Positions 30,892-40,547 of a DNA stretch of 64,000 bases are shown in pieces. A program made the translations under genes and the position numbers. The notes beneath the pieces are model-generated. The model made no database searches, was not told the origin of the DNA, and saw only the letters and a list, made by a program, of their open reading frames with translations. Every line of letters begins with the position of its first letter. Position 1 is the stretch's first letter. Source of the DNA: Candidatus Sungiibacteriota bacterium (lineage in GTDB: Bacteria; Patescibacteriota; Minisyncoccia; Sungbacterales; HO2-52-23); NCBI GenBank assembly GCA_016432465.1, contig CP066690.1, forward strand, positions 57,233-121,232, read 5' to 3'.

Positions 30892-32886
30892 TCAAAACTT
30901 GACGGTTTCCCCAGGCTTGATTACTCTTTTTTCCTTCTTGGTCTCTGTTTCCGATCCATTTTTTTCTTTTAAGGACTCTTCTAAAACTTTCCTCAATTCA
31001 GAAACGTTGGTTGCCGGATGCTGATTTCCGTTTTCTTTTCTGGCGCCTTCTCGTGGTTTTAATTCTGTTAGCGAGACCGGTCTTGCCCCCTGCGGCGTTT
31101 TGACTATGGGTTGAGAGCGAAGGCCGGGACGCGAGTGCGATGGTTTTATTTCTGAACGGGGTGGCACTGTCTGTTTTTGTTCTCTGCGTTCCGGAAAAGG
31201 ACGCCTAACTTCCGGGCTAAACACTCTGGGATAGCGTTCCTCCTCACGCGGTCTCGCGGCCGATACTGCCTTTTCTGCCGGCCGAGTTCCTGCTCCTGCC
31301 GTAGCGGCAAATTCAATCCCCAGCCCTCCCAAGGTTTGTGAAAAACGCGCCTTTCCAACCTGTGGCATACGTTCGGGCAGAGGCACCAGTTTCCCCTCCT
31401 CAATTTGTTTAAGACAAGTAAAACAATACACAGGCCTTCTGCCGTCTGGTTTAAAAGGCACCGCTGCTGTTTTCCCGCAGTTCCAACAAGTAGTCTCATA
31501 CTTCCCCTCCTCGCCGCTCCCTCCCCCACCCCCGTCATCGCCAACCATACCGCTCCACTGTGTGATTTTTTCCTCTACCTCCGGACGGGACCGGGCATAA
31601 CGCTCCCGGGAAACCTTAATAATTTTCTCTTTGACTGTCGGGTCGGTTTCAAACTGAATGGGCGGCAAAGTCACGGCAGAAAATGGCCGGGAGGTAACTC
31701 CATCCACCATGAGTTTTAGATAAATATTATAGTTGGGCAAACCAATAAGATCCTGCTGCATGAACTCCGGCATAAACTCCTTTTCCAGAAATTCAGCATC
31801 CGCCGCACCCACCCTAAAAGTAATCATGGTGCCCACATTGCCAAAAACAGCATCTCTAACTTTGGTGGACACGTCGGTTACCAACTGTCCCACATATTGA
31901 TGGGCGAGTATCAGGTTCAGGCGATATTTTCGGGCCTCAGAAAGAATGGCAGCAAAAGACTCCGTGGCAAAATTTTGAAACTCGTCAACATAAAGATAAT
32001 AGTCCAGGCGGTCTTCCTCCGGTATACGTACCCGCTCCATGGCGGCGAGCTGAATTTTAGTAATAATCATGGCGCCAAGGAGCTGAGAATTATCTTCCCC
32101 GATTTTGCCTTTGGAAACGTTCACCAACAATATCTTCCCCGTATTCATTATCTCCGGGATGTTAAGTGTGGATGTTGGCTGACCAACAATGTTACGGATA
32201 AATGAGGTATTTAAAAACTGCCCGACTTTATTCTGTATCGGGACAATGGCTTCATTACGAAACTGGTCGCGCCACGTCTCATACTCATGTATCCAAAAAG
32301 ACTTCACCACCGGGTCTTGGACTTTGGCGACAATTTTTTGGCGGTAGTCTTTATCTACCAGAATCCTTGGGATACCCAAAAGGGTTGTACCGGGCGTATC
32401 CAGAAGCGCCAAGATACAATTCTGGAGTATGTATTCCATACGGGCTGACCAGACGTTTGCCCAAATCTTGGTGAAAATTCCCAGAAGGTCCGAAACCACT
32501 AAATGTTTATATTTGGGGTCCGGAACTTCAAGCACGTTGAAACCAATAGGGAACTCCGAGTCCACCGGGTTGAAATAAATCACATCGTTGGTGCGCTCCG
32601 CAGGGATCTGAGCCAACACCTCTTCTACAAATTCACCGTGGGGATCAATAATGCCAATACCTCGTCCGGCCCTGATATCCTGAAGTGCGATATTCTTTAA
32701 AAGCGCTGTCTTGCCCACACCGGTCTTACCAATAACGTACATGTGCTGTCTTCGGTCATTGGTTTTAGTACCAAAAACTCTCTCATTTCCGCGAAAGTTA
32801 CATTTTCCGATGAAAGTTGTATCGTTAGCTTTACCTTTAACGGTCATAACTGTATTAATTATACCATAAATTTTAAGATACGGCAA
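30892..32886 (-). CDS. VirD4/TraD/HerA-like ATPase with C-terminal CxxC-x17-CxxC domain
   Basis: GKTGVGKT, IDPHGE, YVDEFQNF, EARKY; CWNC...CFTC; true start may be 32847. Confidence 0.9.
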   Translation of the reverse strand: MPYLKIYGIINTVMTVKGKANDTTFIGKCNFRGNERVFGTKTNDRRQHMYVIGKTGVGKTALLKNIALQDIRAGRGIGIIDPHGEFVEEVLAQIPAERTNDVIYFNPVDSEFPIGFNVLEVPDPKYKHLVVSDLLGIFTKIWANVWSARMEYILQNCILALLDTPGTTLLGIPRILVDKDYRQKIVAKVQDPVVKSFWIHEYETWRDQFRNEAIVPIQNKVGQFLNTSFIRNIVGQPTSTLNIPEIMNTGKILLVNVSKGKIGEDNSQLLGAMIITKIQLAAMERVRIPEEDRLDYYLYVDEFQNFATESFAAILSEARKYRLNLILAHQYVGQLVTDVSTKVRDAVFGNVGTMITFRVGAADAEFLEKEFMPEFMQQDLIGLPNYNIYLKLMVDGVTSRPFSAVTLPPIQFETDPTVKEKIIKVSRERYARSRPEVEEKITQWSGMVGDDGGGGGSGEEGKYETTCWNCGKTAAVPFKPDGRRPVYCFTCLKQIEEGKLVPLPERMPQVGKARFSQTLGGLGIEFAATAGAGTRPAEKAVSAARPREEERYPRVFSPEVRRPFPERREQKQTVPPRSEIKPSHSRPGLRSQPIVKTPQGARPVSLTELKPREGARKENGNQHPATNVSELRKVLEESLKEKNGSETETKKEKRVIKPGETVKF

Positions 32887-34317
32887 CTAAATAAGCGGCT
32901 CGGGGTGACTGCCAGTAATTTTATCTTCCTTGGGGAATGAGGTTTTGTGAAAAACCGTTGCTTCTTCCTCTGCCTTAATCAGGCGCCCTACCTCCTCAAC
33001 ATTTACCGCATATTTGCGGCGTGACGATAGTATAATCCTGTCTTTATACGAAGGGTGCGGGGAAGCAAGAACCCCCAAGGTCTCTGCCGAGAACGGATCA
33101 TAAGTCTCACCGTCTATCGTCTCTTTTATGTAGAACTCCTGCGTTCCTAAATTTATCATGTCTTTGGCCTTGAAAACCGGGGTCATCTCAACTTCTAATC
33201 TTGCGGCGTCGTCTCCGCCTACACGAAAGACTATCAGGGTCGCCACGTTGCCCAGAACAGTGGCCATAACGTCAGGGATTAGCTGCGCCGTAAATTGATG
33301 GGCCACGGTAAGATTAAGTCCGTATTTTCTTGCTTCAGCAAAAAGATTAATAAAAGAGGCCGTAACCAGATTATGAAACTCGTCAACATAGAGATAAAAA
33401 TCAATTCTTTTTTCTTCGGGTATTTCGGCCCGCGCCATACCGGCCTGCTTAATTTTGGTGATAAACATGGAACCAAAAAAACTGGAATTCTCCTCGCCCA
33501 ACTTACCCTTAGATAAGTTAATCAGGAGAATTTTTCTATTATTCATTATCCATTCAAAATCAATCTTATTTTCTTTTTGGGCAAAGATATTTCGGAGCAT
33601 GGGCATAGACAAAAACTGTCCAAGTTTATTAACCAGAGGGATGATGGCATCCGTATCAAACTTTTCAGACCAGTCGGCAAACTCCACCGCAAAGAAACGC
33701 TTAACCATATCATCCGTTATGTACTCAATTACTTTTTGGCGATAAGGCCGATCGGTAAGCATAGATATCATTCCCCGCATGGTGGCTTCGGGATAGTCAA
33801 GAAGGGCCAACGTGGTAAAACGAAACACATGCTCAAGGCGCGGCGTCCAGTTGGCGCCAAACTGTTTCTCCATTACCTCAATAAGTCCTTGCGCCATCTG
33901 GTGTTTCATCTCCGGCGGCACTTTTTGCAACGGATTAAAAGAAACCGGCCAGTCATGATCCGAAGGATCAACCAAAACCACATCATCAATCCGTTCCTCT
34001 GGAATAAACTTCAAAATTTCCTCAATCACGTCTCCGTGGGGATCAATAAAACAAAAGCCGTAACCATAAGCGATGTCCTGACGCACCAAAAGCTCCAGCA
34101 ATTTTGATTTCCCTACTCCGGACTTACCCACTATATACACATGGCGCCTGCGATCCTTACGTTTTACGCCAAAGATGTATTTCTTGGTCTCAAGCGGGGC
34201 TTCATAGTTGGTGCGGCCGACAAAAGAAACCGCTCGCGGATCCACCTGCTGATACACGGGCAGCTCCGGCGGCGGAGGCCCATATTTACTTATATGTATT
34301 CTTCCTTCCCGAGCCAT
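32887..34317 (-). CDS. VirD4/TraD/HerA-like ATPase (paralogue)
   Basis: GKSGVGKS, IDPHGD, YVDEFHN, EARKY. Confidence 0.9.
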   Translation of the reverse strand: MAREGRIHISKYGPPPPELPVYQQVDPRAVSFVGRTNYEAPLETKKYIFGVKRKDRRRHVYIVGKSGVGKSKLLELLVRQDIAYGYGFCFIDPHGDVIEEILKFIPEERIDDVVLVDPSDHDWPVSFNPLQKVPPEMKHQMAQGLIEVMEKQFGANWTPRLEHVFRFTTLALLDYPEATMRGMISMLTDRPYRQKVIEYITDDMVKRFFAVEFADWSEKFDTDAIIPLVNKLGQFLSMPMLRNIFAQKENKIDFEWIMNNRKILLINLSKGKLGEENSSFFGSMFITKIKQAGMARAEIPEEKRIDFYLYVDEFHNLVTASFINLFAEARKYGLNLTVAHQFTAQLIPDVMATVLGNVATLIVFRVGGDDAARLEVEMTPVFKAKDMINLGTQEFYIKETIDGETYDPFSAETLGVLASPHPSYKDRIILSSRRKYAVNVEEVGRLIKAEEEATVFHKTSFPKEDKITGSHPEPLI

Positions 34318-34403
34318 GCTGATGTTGTCTAAATTTATGAGCGAGAATAGATGCCGAGCGTAATAAATTTAGCTACAACATCGAGCACCCTCTCACTCGA
34401 AAA

Positions 34404-34661
34404 TCAACTGAATAAACTATGTTTCAGCCGACGTTTTAAACTAATGTAGGCCTTTGCTCTAAATTTAATCTGTGACTCCCGCTCACGAGCATCTTTCTCA
34501 GACCTGTAGGCCTCGTAATAAATACACTCCAAGGGTCTTCTATTTCTAGTGGAATACACCCTACCCTCATTATGCTCTTTTATTCGTTTACGTAAATCCC
34601 CAGTGTATCCAAAATATAAGTTTTTATCCTTCAGAGATTGCAAAGTGTAGAAATAAAACAT
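34404..34661 (-). CDS. stand-alone GIY-YIG nuclease
   Basis: MFYFYTLQS...LYFGYT.DL.KR..EHN.G; flanked by a perfect 20-bp inverted repeat. Confidence 0.88.
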   Translation of the reverse strand: MFYFYTLQSLKDKNLYFGYTGDLRKRIKEHNEGRVYSTRNRRPLECIYYEAYRSEKDARERESQIKFRAKAYISLKRRLKHSLFS

Positions 34662-34762
34662 AGTGATTTTCGAGTGAGAGGGTAAGGTTTTGTTACCAAA
34701 ATTTGTTCGTCCTACAGACTCCAAATTTTGGACAAAGCCCTTATTAAACAACCTCGCTTTGA

Positions 34763-35074
34763 TAGCACTGCTCATCCCCCGCCAATTCCGTCTCCAACGT
34801 CATCGTAATACAGGCAACTTTCCGCGGCAGCGCCTAACGGCTTACCCCGTGATAAATCCAGATCACCAATAGAATTGGAGGGGGACTCCGCGTGCCTTTT
34901 ATTTATACGACTTCATTTTGGTAGCACGCTTCATCCCCCGCCAATTCCGTCCTAAATGCCACCAGAATTACAGACAACGTTCCGCGGCAGCGCCTCCGCC
35001 AAGTCAAACTTGGCTCCGGCTTACACTTATTTAACACTAGTATAACCTTGGAGTTGGAGTGGGATTTCGCATGT
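34763..35074. repeat. two tandem copies of a structured 130-150-nt motif
   Basis: shared TCATCCCCCGCCAATTCCGTC and TTCCGCGGCAGCGCCT blocks, each closed by a long stem. Confidence 0.75.
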
Positions 35075-35081
35075 TCCTATT

Positions 35082-36839
35082 TTATATCACCTCGTTATTG
35101 TAACATGCTTCACAATACACAATCTCCGGCCTTTCCGGAGCGTACGAAGTTTCAAACTCATTAGGGCAGTGGTTTGTGCCGTGGAAATGTGTAGTTTGAT
35201 TCTTGTATATCCCCTGATCGTCCTTGATGCCGGAACATTGACATTGACGGTTATAAAACCAAGGCTGGTTACGGTACTTTAGACGCGCTTGGTATCTGCA
35301 TTCAATACAGCGCCGGGGAAGGGGTAACGACATTTTTTTATAAAACTCCAATTCCATGGGTATGATGCGAAAAACCCCGCCACAATCTGCACAGCGTATA
35401 ATTTCCTGTACGATCGTATCCGAAACATCTTTGATCTTGTCCGGTAAACTTAGGGTCTCCACGGTAACTTTAAAATCTTTAATGCCCGGCTCTCTCCATA
35501 AATATCCCCGCTCTTTGGCTGATTTTTGGTCCAAAGGAAAGTAATCATACGCCAGTGTTTCGTTATAGGCAAAAGGTGAAAATTCTGGCGGGAAAAATTC
35601 TCCATACTTATAGACCAGCCCCCCCGAATCCGTATAAGGCATCTCGTTCATGTGTTTTATAATTTTTTCGCGGAGAGTTAGATAATCCTCGGGCGAGTAC
35701 TGTTTATTGAAAATACAGTGGGACTTTTTTCTTAGACCAACACAGCCAAAAAGATTAGAGGAGGAGTTACAAAACATAGAGTACTCAACGTTGTTGATCG
35801 ATGGCCAGCAAAGCCAGGCAAATTTAAGCCCTGCTACCTCCAGACCGACCTGTACGGACTCATACACAAGTTCACAGCCGCCCATGGCGGTTACATCATA
35901 CAAGTCGCGTGATTTCATAAAGTTATTCTGGCAGTTCTTGCTGTCTTCAAGTTCAAAGGCATTGAAACAAAGTTTGGCATTTTTGGAGTGGCTAATCTGA
36001 TCACCCGAAACACCAACGTTGCGCCAACCGTGCATAAATTTATGCGGCTGCAGTATCCAAAAATTATCCGCTTTTTTAGCAATATCCTGCAGTGATTTAT
36101 ATGATCCCGGTCCCAGTTTCTCAAGCTCTTGGAAATAAGTCTCTTGGGTGTAGGGTTTATTGAAAATATGATACTGTTTGTTCCGCAAATTTACACACCC
36201 CAGACAATAGGAACAGCCCACGCAGTCACGTGAAAACCAGACATCGCGGCACTCTTCGCAGTGAGTTGAAAAAAAAGTACGGTAGCATTTCTCAATAAAC
36301 AGGCTCTCAAAGCACAACTCCGAATCTTCCGCCTCGGTAACATCAAAACACTCTTTTATTTTATCGCCGCTTACAACGTAGGCGCAGTTTTCCAAAAATC
36401 CCGCGTCAAAACAGAGATAGCAGTTTTTTGCCCAACCGGTAAAGTTGCAGTAGTCCGAGTTTACAAGCTCCGTCACGTCGCGGCTGGGCCAAGGAACAAC
36501 ATACATAAGTTCCCGAAACTGTTTTAAAAAAGAACGCGAAAAATCGTAATCGCGTCCATACTCCATCGGGTCCCATTTGTCTCCCAACCAATAATCACGT
36601 TCATATACTCTGGCAAGAACCTGCGGGTGATAACCAGAAAAAACCTCTTTGCCGTAAGCGTCTTCTTTTCTTTTAAAGAGGTGGCGTTCGTTCGCAAAAA
36701 CCATACGCCTTACCATACGGCAGTTCGAACACCACGTGGGCGGAGGAACTTTTATCTTCTCGTAAAATACAAAGTCCTCGGGTTCAACGATGAACTCTTT
36801 TTTACAGTTTTGGCACTCTTTTATTTGACGCTCCATCAC
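35082..36839 (-). CDS. CPR-type Cys-rich zinc-ribbon repeat protein
   Basis: CQNC...PPPTWC..CR, many Cys repeats, ETSYAPERPEIVYCE.CY C-terminus. Confidence 0.85.
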   Translation of the reverse strand: MMERQIKECQNCKKEFIVEPEDFVFYEKIKVPPPTWCSNCRMVRRMVFANERHLFKRKEDAYGKEVFSGYHPQVLARVYERDYWLGDKWDPMEYGRDYDFSRSFLKQFRELMYVVPWPSRDVTELVNSDYCNFTGWAKNCYLCFDAGFLENCAYVVSGDKIKECFDVTEAEDSELCFESLFIEKCYRTFFSTHCEECRDVWFSRDCVGCSYCLGCVNLRNKQYHIFNKPYTQETYFQELEKLGPGSYKSLQDIAKKADNFWILQPHKFMHGWRNVGVSGDQISHSKNAKLCFNAFELEDSKNCQNNFMKSRDLYDVTAMGGCELVYESVQVGLEVAGLKFAWLCWPSINNVEYSMFCNSSSNLFGCVGLRKKSHCIFNKQYSPEDYLTLREKIIKHMNEMPYTDSGGLVYKYGEFFPPEFSPFAYNETLAYDYFPLDQKSAKERGYLWREPGIKDFKVTVETLSLPDKIKDVSDTIVQEIIRCADCGGVFRIIPMELEFYKKMSLPLPRRCIECRYQARLKYRNQPWFYNRQCQCSGIKDDQGIYKNQTTHFHGTNHCPNEFETSYAPERPEIVYCEACYNNEVI

Positions 36840-38155
36840 TTAATCCCCGGCAACTTTTCTTCTCCCTCTCCATAAATAGAGAGGCCTGCTGGCGGGCCAA
36901 CCTTACGAGCTTCTACGTGTTTGATCAGTGGTCCGGTCAAAACCGCAACTGTGGGCGGATGAAAAATTGTGGCCAATTCTTCTGTATTGAGAACCATCTT
37001 CCCAACTTCCTGCGCTTTAATACCCCAATGGAATGCCTTGATGTTTTGTACTTTAGAGGTAAGGGGGGCTGCCGGATCCTCATACATCTTGCGCGCCCTG
37101 TAGGCGGCATAGATCCTTTCTTTTCTGGCCATAACCCGCTTTGCCGGAAAAATATGCGGCCAAAACCATATGTTAGCACGCGTCCAGGCTTTAACATTAT
37201 GTTTAAACCTGTTAAGGCTCTCGGAGGCATATTGATTTAAAGCAGAGTAAACTCCGCGCTGACCGAAGTTAGAATCAAAAACTTCCGCAGTGGCCATATA
37301 TAGATACCGGATTAGCGTTTCAAAGCCCGGCTTGGCAATGTTTCGTTCAATAGCCTTAAGAACTTCTAACTCACCGGGGGATCTTTCAATCATCACCAGT
37401 TTCCCGGCTGCGGTTTCAACTTGTGTACGACCAGTTTCTTCTTTGAGTTTTTTAATCAAATCCTCCCCCCTTTTTTTCCAACTATTGTCCGTAGGCCTGA
37501 TTAAAATCTGTAACCAGATAACTTCCTGTGGTTTTATTTTTGACAGAACCTCAAGGAGCGCCGAGATAGGATCAAGCTGTTTCTCTTCCTCCATGGTCTC
37601 AAACTCCAGATAAGTTTTTATCGGGTAGGCATCGGGTTTCTCAAGACGCAGCTCATTGCCAAAAAGTTTGTATCCGCTAGCCTCTAACTCTTTGTGGGTT
37701 GGCGGTAGCCTAGTCACGTAATCGTCGGAGAGTTGTGTAATCCCAATATCAGGATATTGAGAATAAAGGGCAGCCTCAATCATATTACGATGTTTTTCCG
37801 GAATCCTCATATAAAAATGAATTTCTCCGCCAAAACTTACTACTTCACAGGAAAACCAAAGGGTTATCTCGCCGTCCCACCAATGTTCTTTGAAACTGGA
37901 CCAAGCGTTATACAGGGCGTGAATCCCCATAAAAACTTGCTCCATGGCCTTGGGACTCCTCCGTACCTCTCTTGGAACCCTAAGTTCTATTATAGTCCAT
38001 TTAATCGCCAGTCTAAATTTCTCCTGCACGTAAGTCAGCCAAAGGGACCGGGTGAAGAAAAAAAGCGCAACAAAAAGCCAGAGCCACCAGAAAGAAAAGA
38101 CTCCGGCCTCAATTCGGAAAAGAATATCAACAATAGTCAAGGGATCAAAAATCAT
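36836..38155 (-). CDS. conserved CPR membrane-anchored protein near the VirD4-like ATPases
   Basis: SPKAMEQ, YSQYPD, YPIKTY, LNTEELATIFHPP motifs. Confidence 0.8.
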   Translation of the reverse strand: MIFDPLTIVDILFRIEAGVFSFWWLWLFVALFFFTRSLWLTYVQEKFRLAIKWTIIELRVPREVRRSPKAMEQVFMGIHALYNAWSSFKEHWWDGEITLWFSCEVVSFGGEIHFYMRIPEKHRNMIEAALYSQYPDIGITQLSDDYVTRLPPTHKELEASGYKLFGNELRLEKPDAYPIKTYLEFETMEEEKQLDPISALLEVLSKIKPQEVIWLQILIRPTDNSWKKRGEDLIKKLKEETGRTQVETAAGKLVMIERSPGELEVLKAIERNIAKPGFETLIRYLYMATAEVFDSNFGQRGVYSALNQYASESLNRFKHNVKAWTRANIWFWPHIFPAKRVMARKERIYAAYRARKMYEDPAAPLTSKVQNIKAFHWGIKAQEVGKMVLNTEELATIFHPPTVAVLTGPLIKHVEARKVGPPAGLSIYGEGEEKLPGIK

Positions 38156-38215
38156 CAGAGGTTTTTAGCTGTAATAAAAACTCGCGCCCAACTCCGAATC
38201 CTGCTCTCTTATATC

Positions 38216-39286
38216 TTAAACAAGTGTATATTTCCCGTCGTCCGTCCTCTTAAAAAGAGACTTATTCTGTAAATTCAAAAGTATGGTCGGCTGCTTGACC
38301 AGGCGTTTCTCCAGAACCATCCTGATTATTGCATCTTTAGACAGCGGCCTACCGGCCGATTTGAGAACAGACGCTAAAACATCACGCACCACGCCAGGCT
38401 CGTATCCCCACTCGCGTAGCGCATAAAGTCCACGGCCAACTAAAACAAATCTTTTATCTTTAATAAGCTCATTATGCACTGTCTGGGGATGGGCCTTTCG
38501 CTTGGACCAGCCGGCCTTATTGATGCCTTCGGCCACCTCACGGAAGTGAAGCGGATTTCCAGACTTAGCAAGCACCAAATACGCCTTGTCCCTAACGCCT
38601 CGCGGATTTATGGTTGACCACGAAACAAGTCCAAACTCACCATAAGGATTAACGTGGATAATTTTTGATGTTTTTAAAAAAGAGTCAGCCGCGTTCTCTA
38701 CAGAAAGATCTCTTAATACCTCTTTGGCGTTACGAGAAATAAGATCATAAAGAACCACCCTAGTGACGGGTTTGCCTATTTTTTCCAGATCCCGCACAAC
38801 ACCGGATATTACTTTTTCGCCGCCTGCTGCGCTGTCTTTATCAACTGCCCAACGATGGCGATGCCGATCATCCTCGGGAACTCGATAGAAATCTTTTCCA
38901 ACGTCCAAAAGTAACGCTACGTGGGGATAGTGTTTTGCCTCGGATGCGGTTGCCATAAGGTGGCCTTCGGCCATAACGCCGCCATGCTCTTTTATATGAT
39001 CGTGGAGCGCAGCCAAAACCGGTTCTGCCTCTTTTATATTCTCTGGTTTGGCAAGGTGGCGCAGTGCATCTGCCTCAATTTGGCGCACGCGTTCTCGCGT
39101 AATCTTATATTCTTTCCCTATAGCTTCTAGGGTCTGACGACGACCCGCGAGCCCAAAACGCCTTTTCAGAACATCCCGCATACGGCGGGTAGGCAGCCTG
39201 TCCATCATTGTTTTGACAACCAAGTCAGGTTTAATGGATAAATTTGAATTAGACATGAAGATTATCCGCTTATTACGTCTTGCCAA
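38216..39286 (-). CDS. sigma-70 region 4-like HTH plus C-terminal HTH protein
   Basis: TLEAIG..Y.ITRERVRQIE; QTVHNELIKDKRFVLVGRGLYALREWGY; start may be 39256. Confidence 0.85.
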   Translation of the reverse strand: MARRNKRIIFMSNSNLSIKPDLVVKTMMDRLPTRRMRDVLKRRFGLAGRRQTLEAIGKEYKITRERVRQIEADALRHLAKPENIKEAEPVLAALHDHIKEHGGVMAEGHLMATASEAKHYPHVALLLDVGKDFYRVPEDDRHRHRWAVDKDSAAGGEKVISGVVRDLEKIGKPVTRVVLYDLISRNAKEVLRDLSVENAADSFLKTSKIIHVNPYGEFGLVSWSTINPRGVRDKAYLVLAKSGNPLHFREVAEGINKAGWSKRKAHPQTVHNELIKDKRFVLVGRGLYALREWGYEPGVVRDVLASVLKSAGRPLSKDAIIRMVLEKRLVKQPTILLNLQNKSLFKRTDDGKYTLV

Positions 39287-39446
39287 ATTACCGTTAAGGA
39301 TTTAATAATTTGGGTGCGACTATAATTCAGTCGGGGTTAAATAAGATAATAGATAAGCCAGATCTCTCTAAAGAGAACAGGCCCTTATAACCCTAGTTAA
39401 GAATAACATATTACTTCTTACTTGTCAATCTATGCCAGATCACGAA

Positions 39447-39709
39447 CTGAGACAGCGCAGGGATAATACCGTATTAGTTTCTTTTCTTCGCACCAAACTT
39501 CTGCCAGATCACCAGCAGGGGGCTTGCCCCCACACCAATTCTACTACGGAGTTTGTATTGAAAAATGGGCATCTTGTCAGAAAAGTCTTGGAATTAATCA
39601 CAAAAGATTCTGCAGTAGAATTGGTGTCTGAGACAACGCAGGGATAATACCGTATTAGTTTCTTTTCTTCAAACTAAACTTCTGCCAGATCACCAGCAGG
39701 GGGCTTGCC
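39447..39709. repeat. 82-bp direct duplication of the secF 3' end around a hairpin
   Basis: 39447-39528 vs 39628-39709, 4 mismatches. Confidence 0.85.
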
Positions 39710-40545
39710 ACAAAAATAGAAGAATAAGTCCCGAATATAATTCCAAGCATCAAGGCAAGTGAAAAGTACCTAGTTGTTTCTCCCCCTAAAAAAAATATAG
39801 CTAAAAGAACGAGCAGGACCGTAAATGAGGTATTGATTGACCTTGACAGCGTCTCATTAACACTGCGATTAACCGTAACCTCAAACGGCTCCATAGCCTT
39901 TAACTTGTGCAGGTTCTCCCTGGTTCTATCAAATACTACAATTGTATCGTGCACAGAGAACCCTAAAATTGTCAATAGGGCCGTTATAAACAGGGGGTCT
40001 ATCTCCACACCCCTAACATGTCCCAGGAGCGCAAAAACCCCCGTAGGAATAGACACGTCGTGCACCAGTGCAATCACGGCTGTTATGCCGTATTTCCACG
40101 AGGATACTGGTTTAGACACTTTCCTAAAGGCCCAAGCTATATAAAGTATAATTGCCAAGACCGCAAAACCCAACGCCATAATAGATTTTTGTTTTAGCTC
40201 ACGCCCTATGGTCGGCCCGATAGAATCAAATCTAAATTCTTTAGCCCCCGGACCGAGTTTGGTTAAAATTTCCTGATGCAGACTTTCATTAATATCTTTG
40301 AACCGCAAAATCATCCCTTTCTCGCCGGTGGGCTGTACAGCAAGCGTGCCTAAACTCAACGACTCAAGACTCTTCTTTATTTCTTCAACTGCAGGACGGT
40401 CATTCTGATACTCAACTTCCAGAAGCGATCCGCCGGTAAAATCAAGGCCCAACCTAAGACCCCACAAACCAATAGCAACGAAACTGACTACCAACAGAGT
40501 GGCGGACAAGGTCAAAAATACATACTTTTTACCTATGATATCCAT
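39655..40545 (-). CDS. secF: protein translocase subunit SecF
   Basis: GLDFTGG, IGPTIG, GFSVHDTIVVFDR.RE. Confidence 0.96.
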   Translation of the reverse strand: MDIIGKKYVFLTLSATLLVVSFVAIGLWGLRLGLDFTGGSLLEVEYQNDRPAVEEIKKSLESLSLGTLAVQPTGEKGMILRFKDINESLHQEILTKLGPGAKEFRFDSIGPTIGRELKQKSIMALGFAVLAIILYIAWAFRKVSKPVSSWKYGITAVIALVHDVSIPTGVFALLGHVRGVEIDPLFITALLTILGFSVHDTIVVFDRTRENLHKLKAMEPFEVTVNRSVNETLSRSINTSFTVLLVLLAIFFLGGETTRYFSLALMLGIIFGTYSSIFVASPLLVIWQKFSLKKRN

Positions 40546-40547
40546 AT

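Noticed and set aside
30892-34317. Conjugative element inferred from the VirD4-like ATPases
   Set aside because: No relaxase, integrase or VirB genes; these ATPases are common chromosomal genes in CPR
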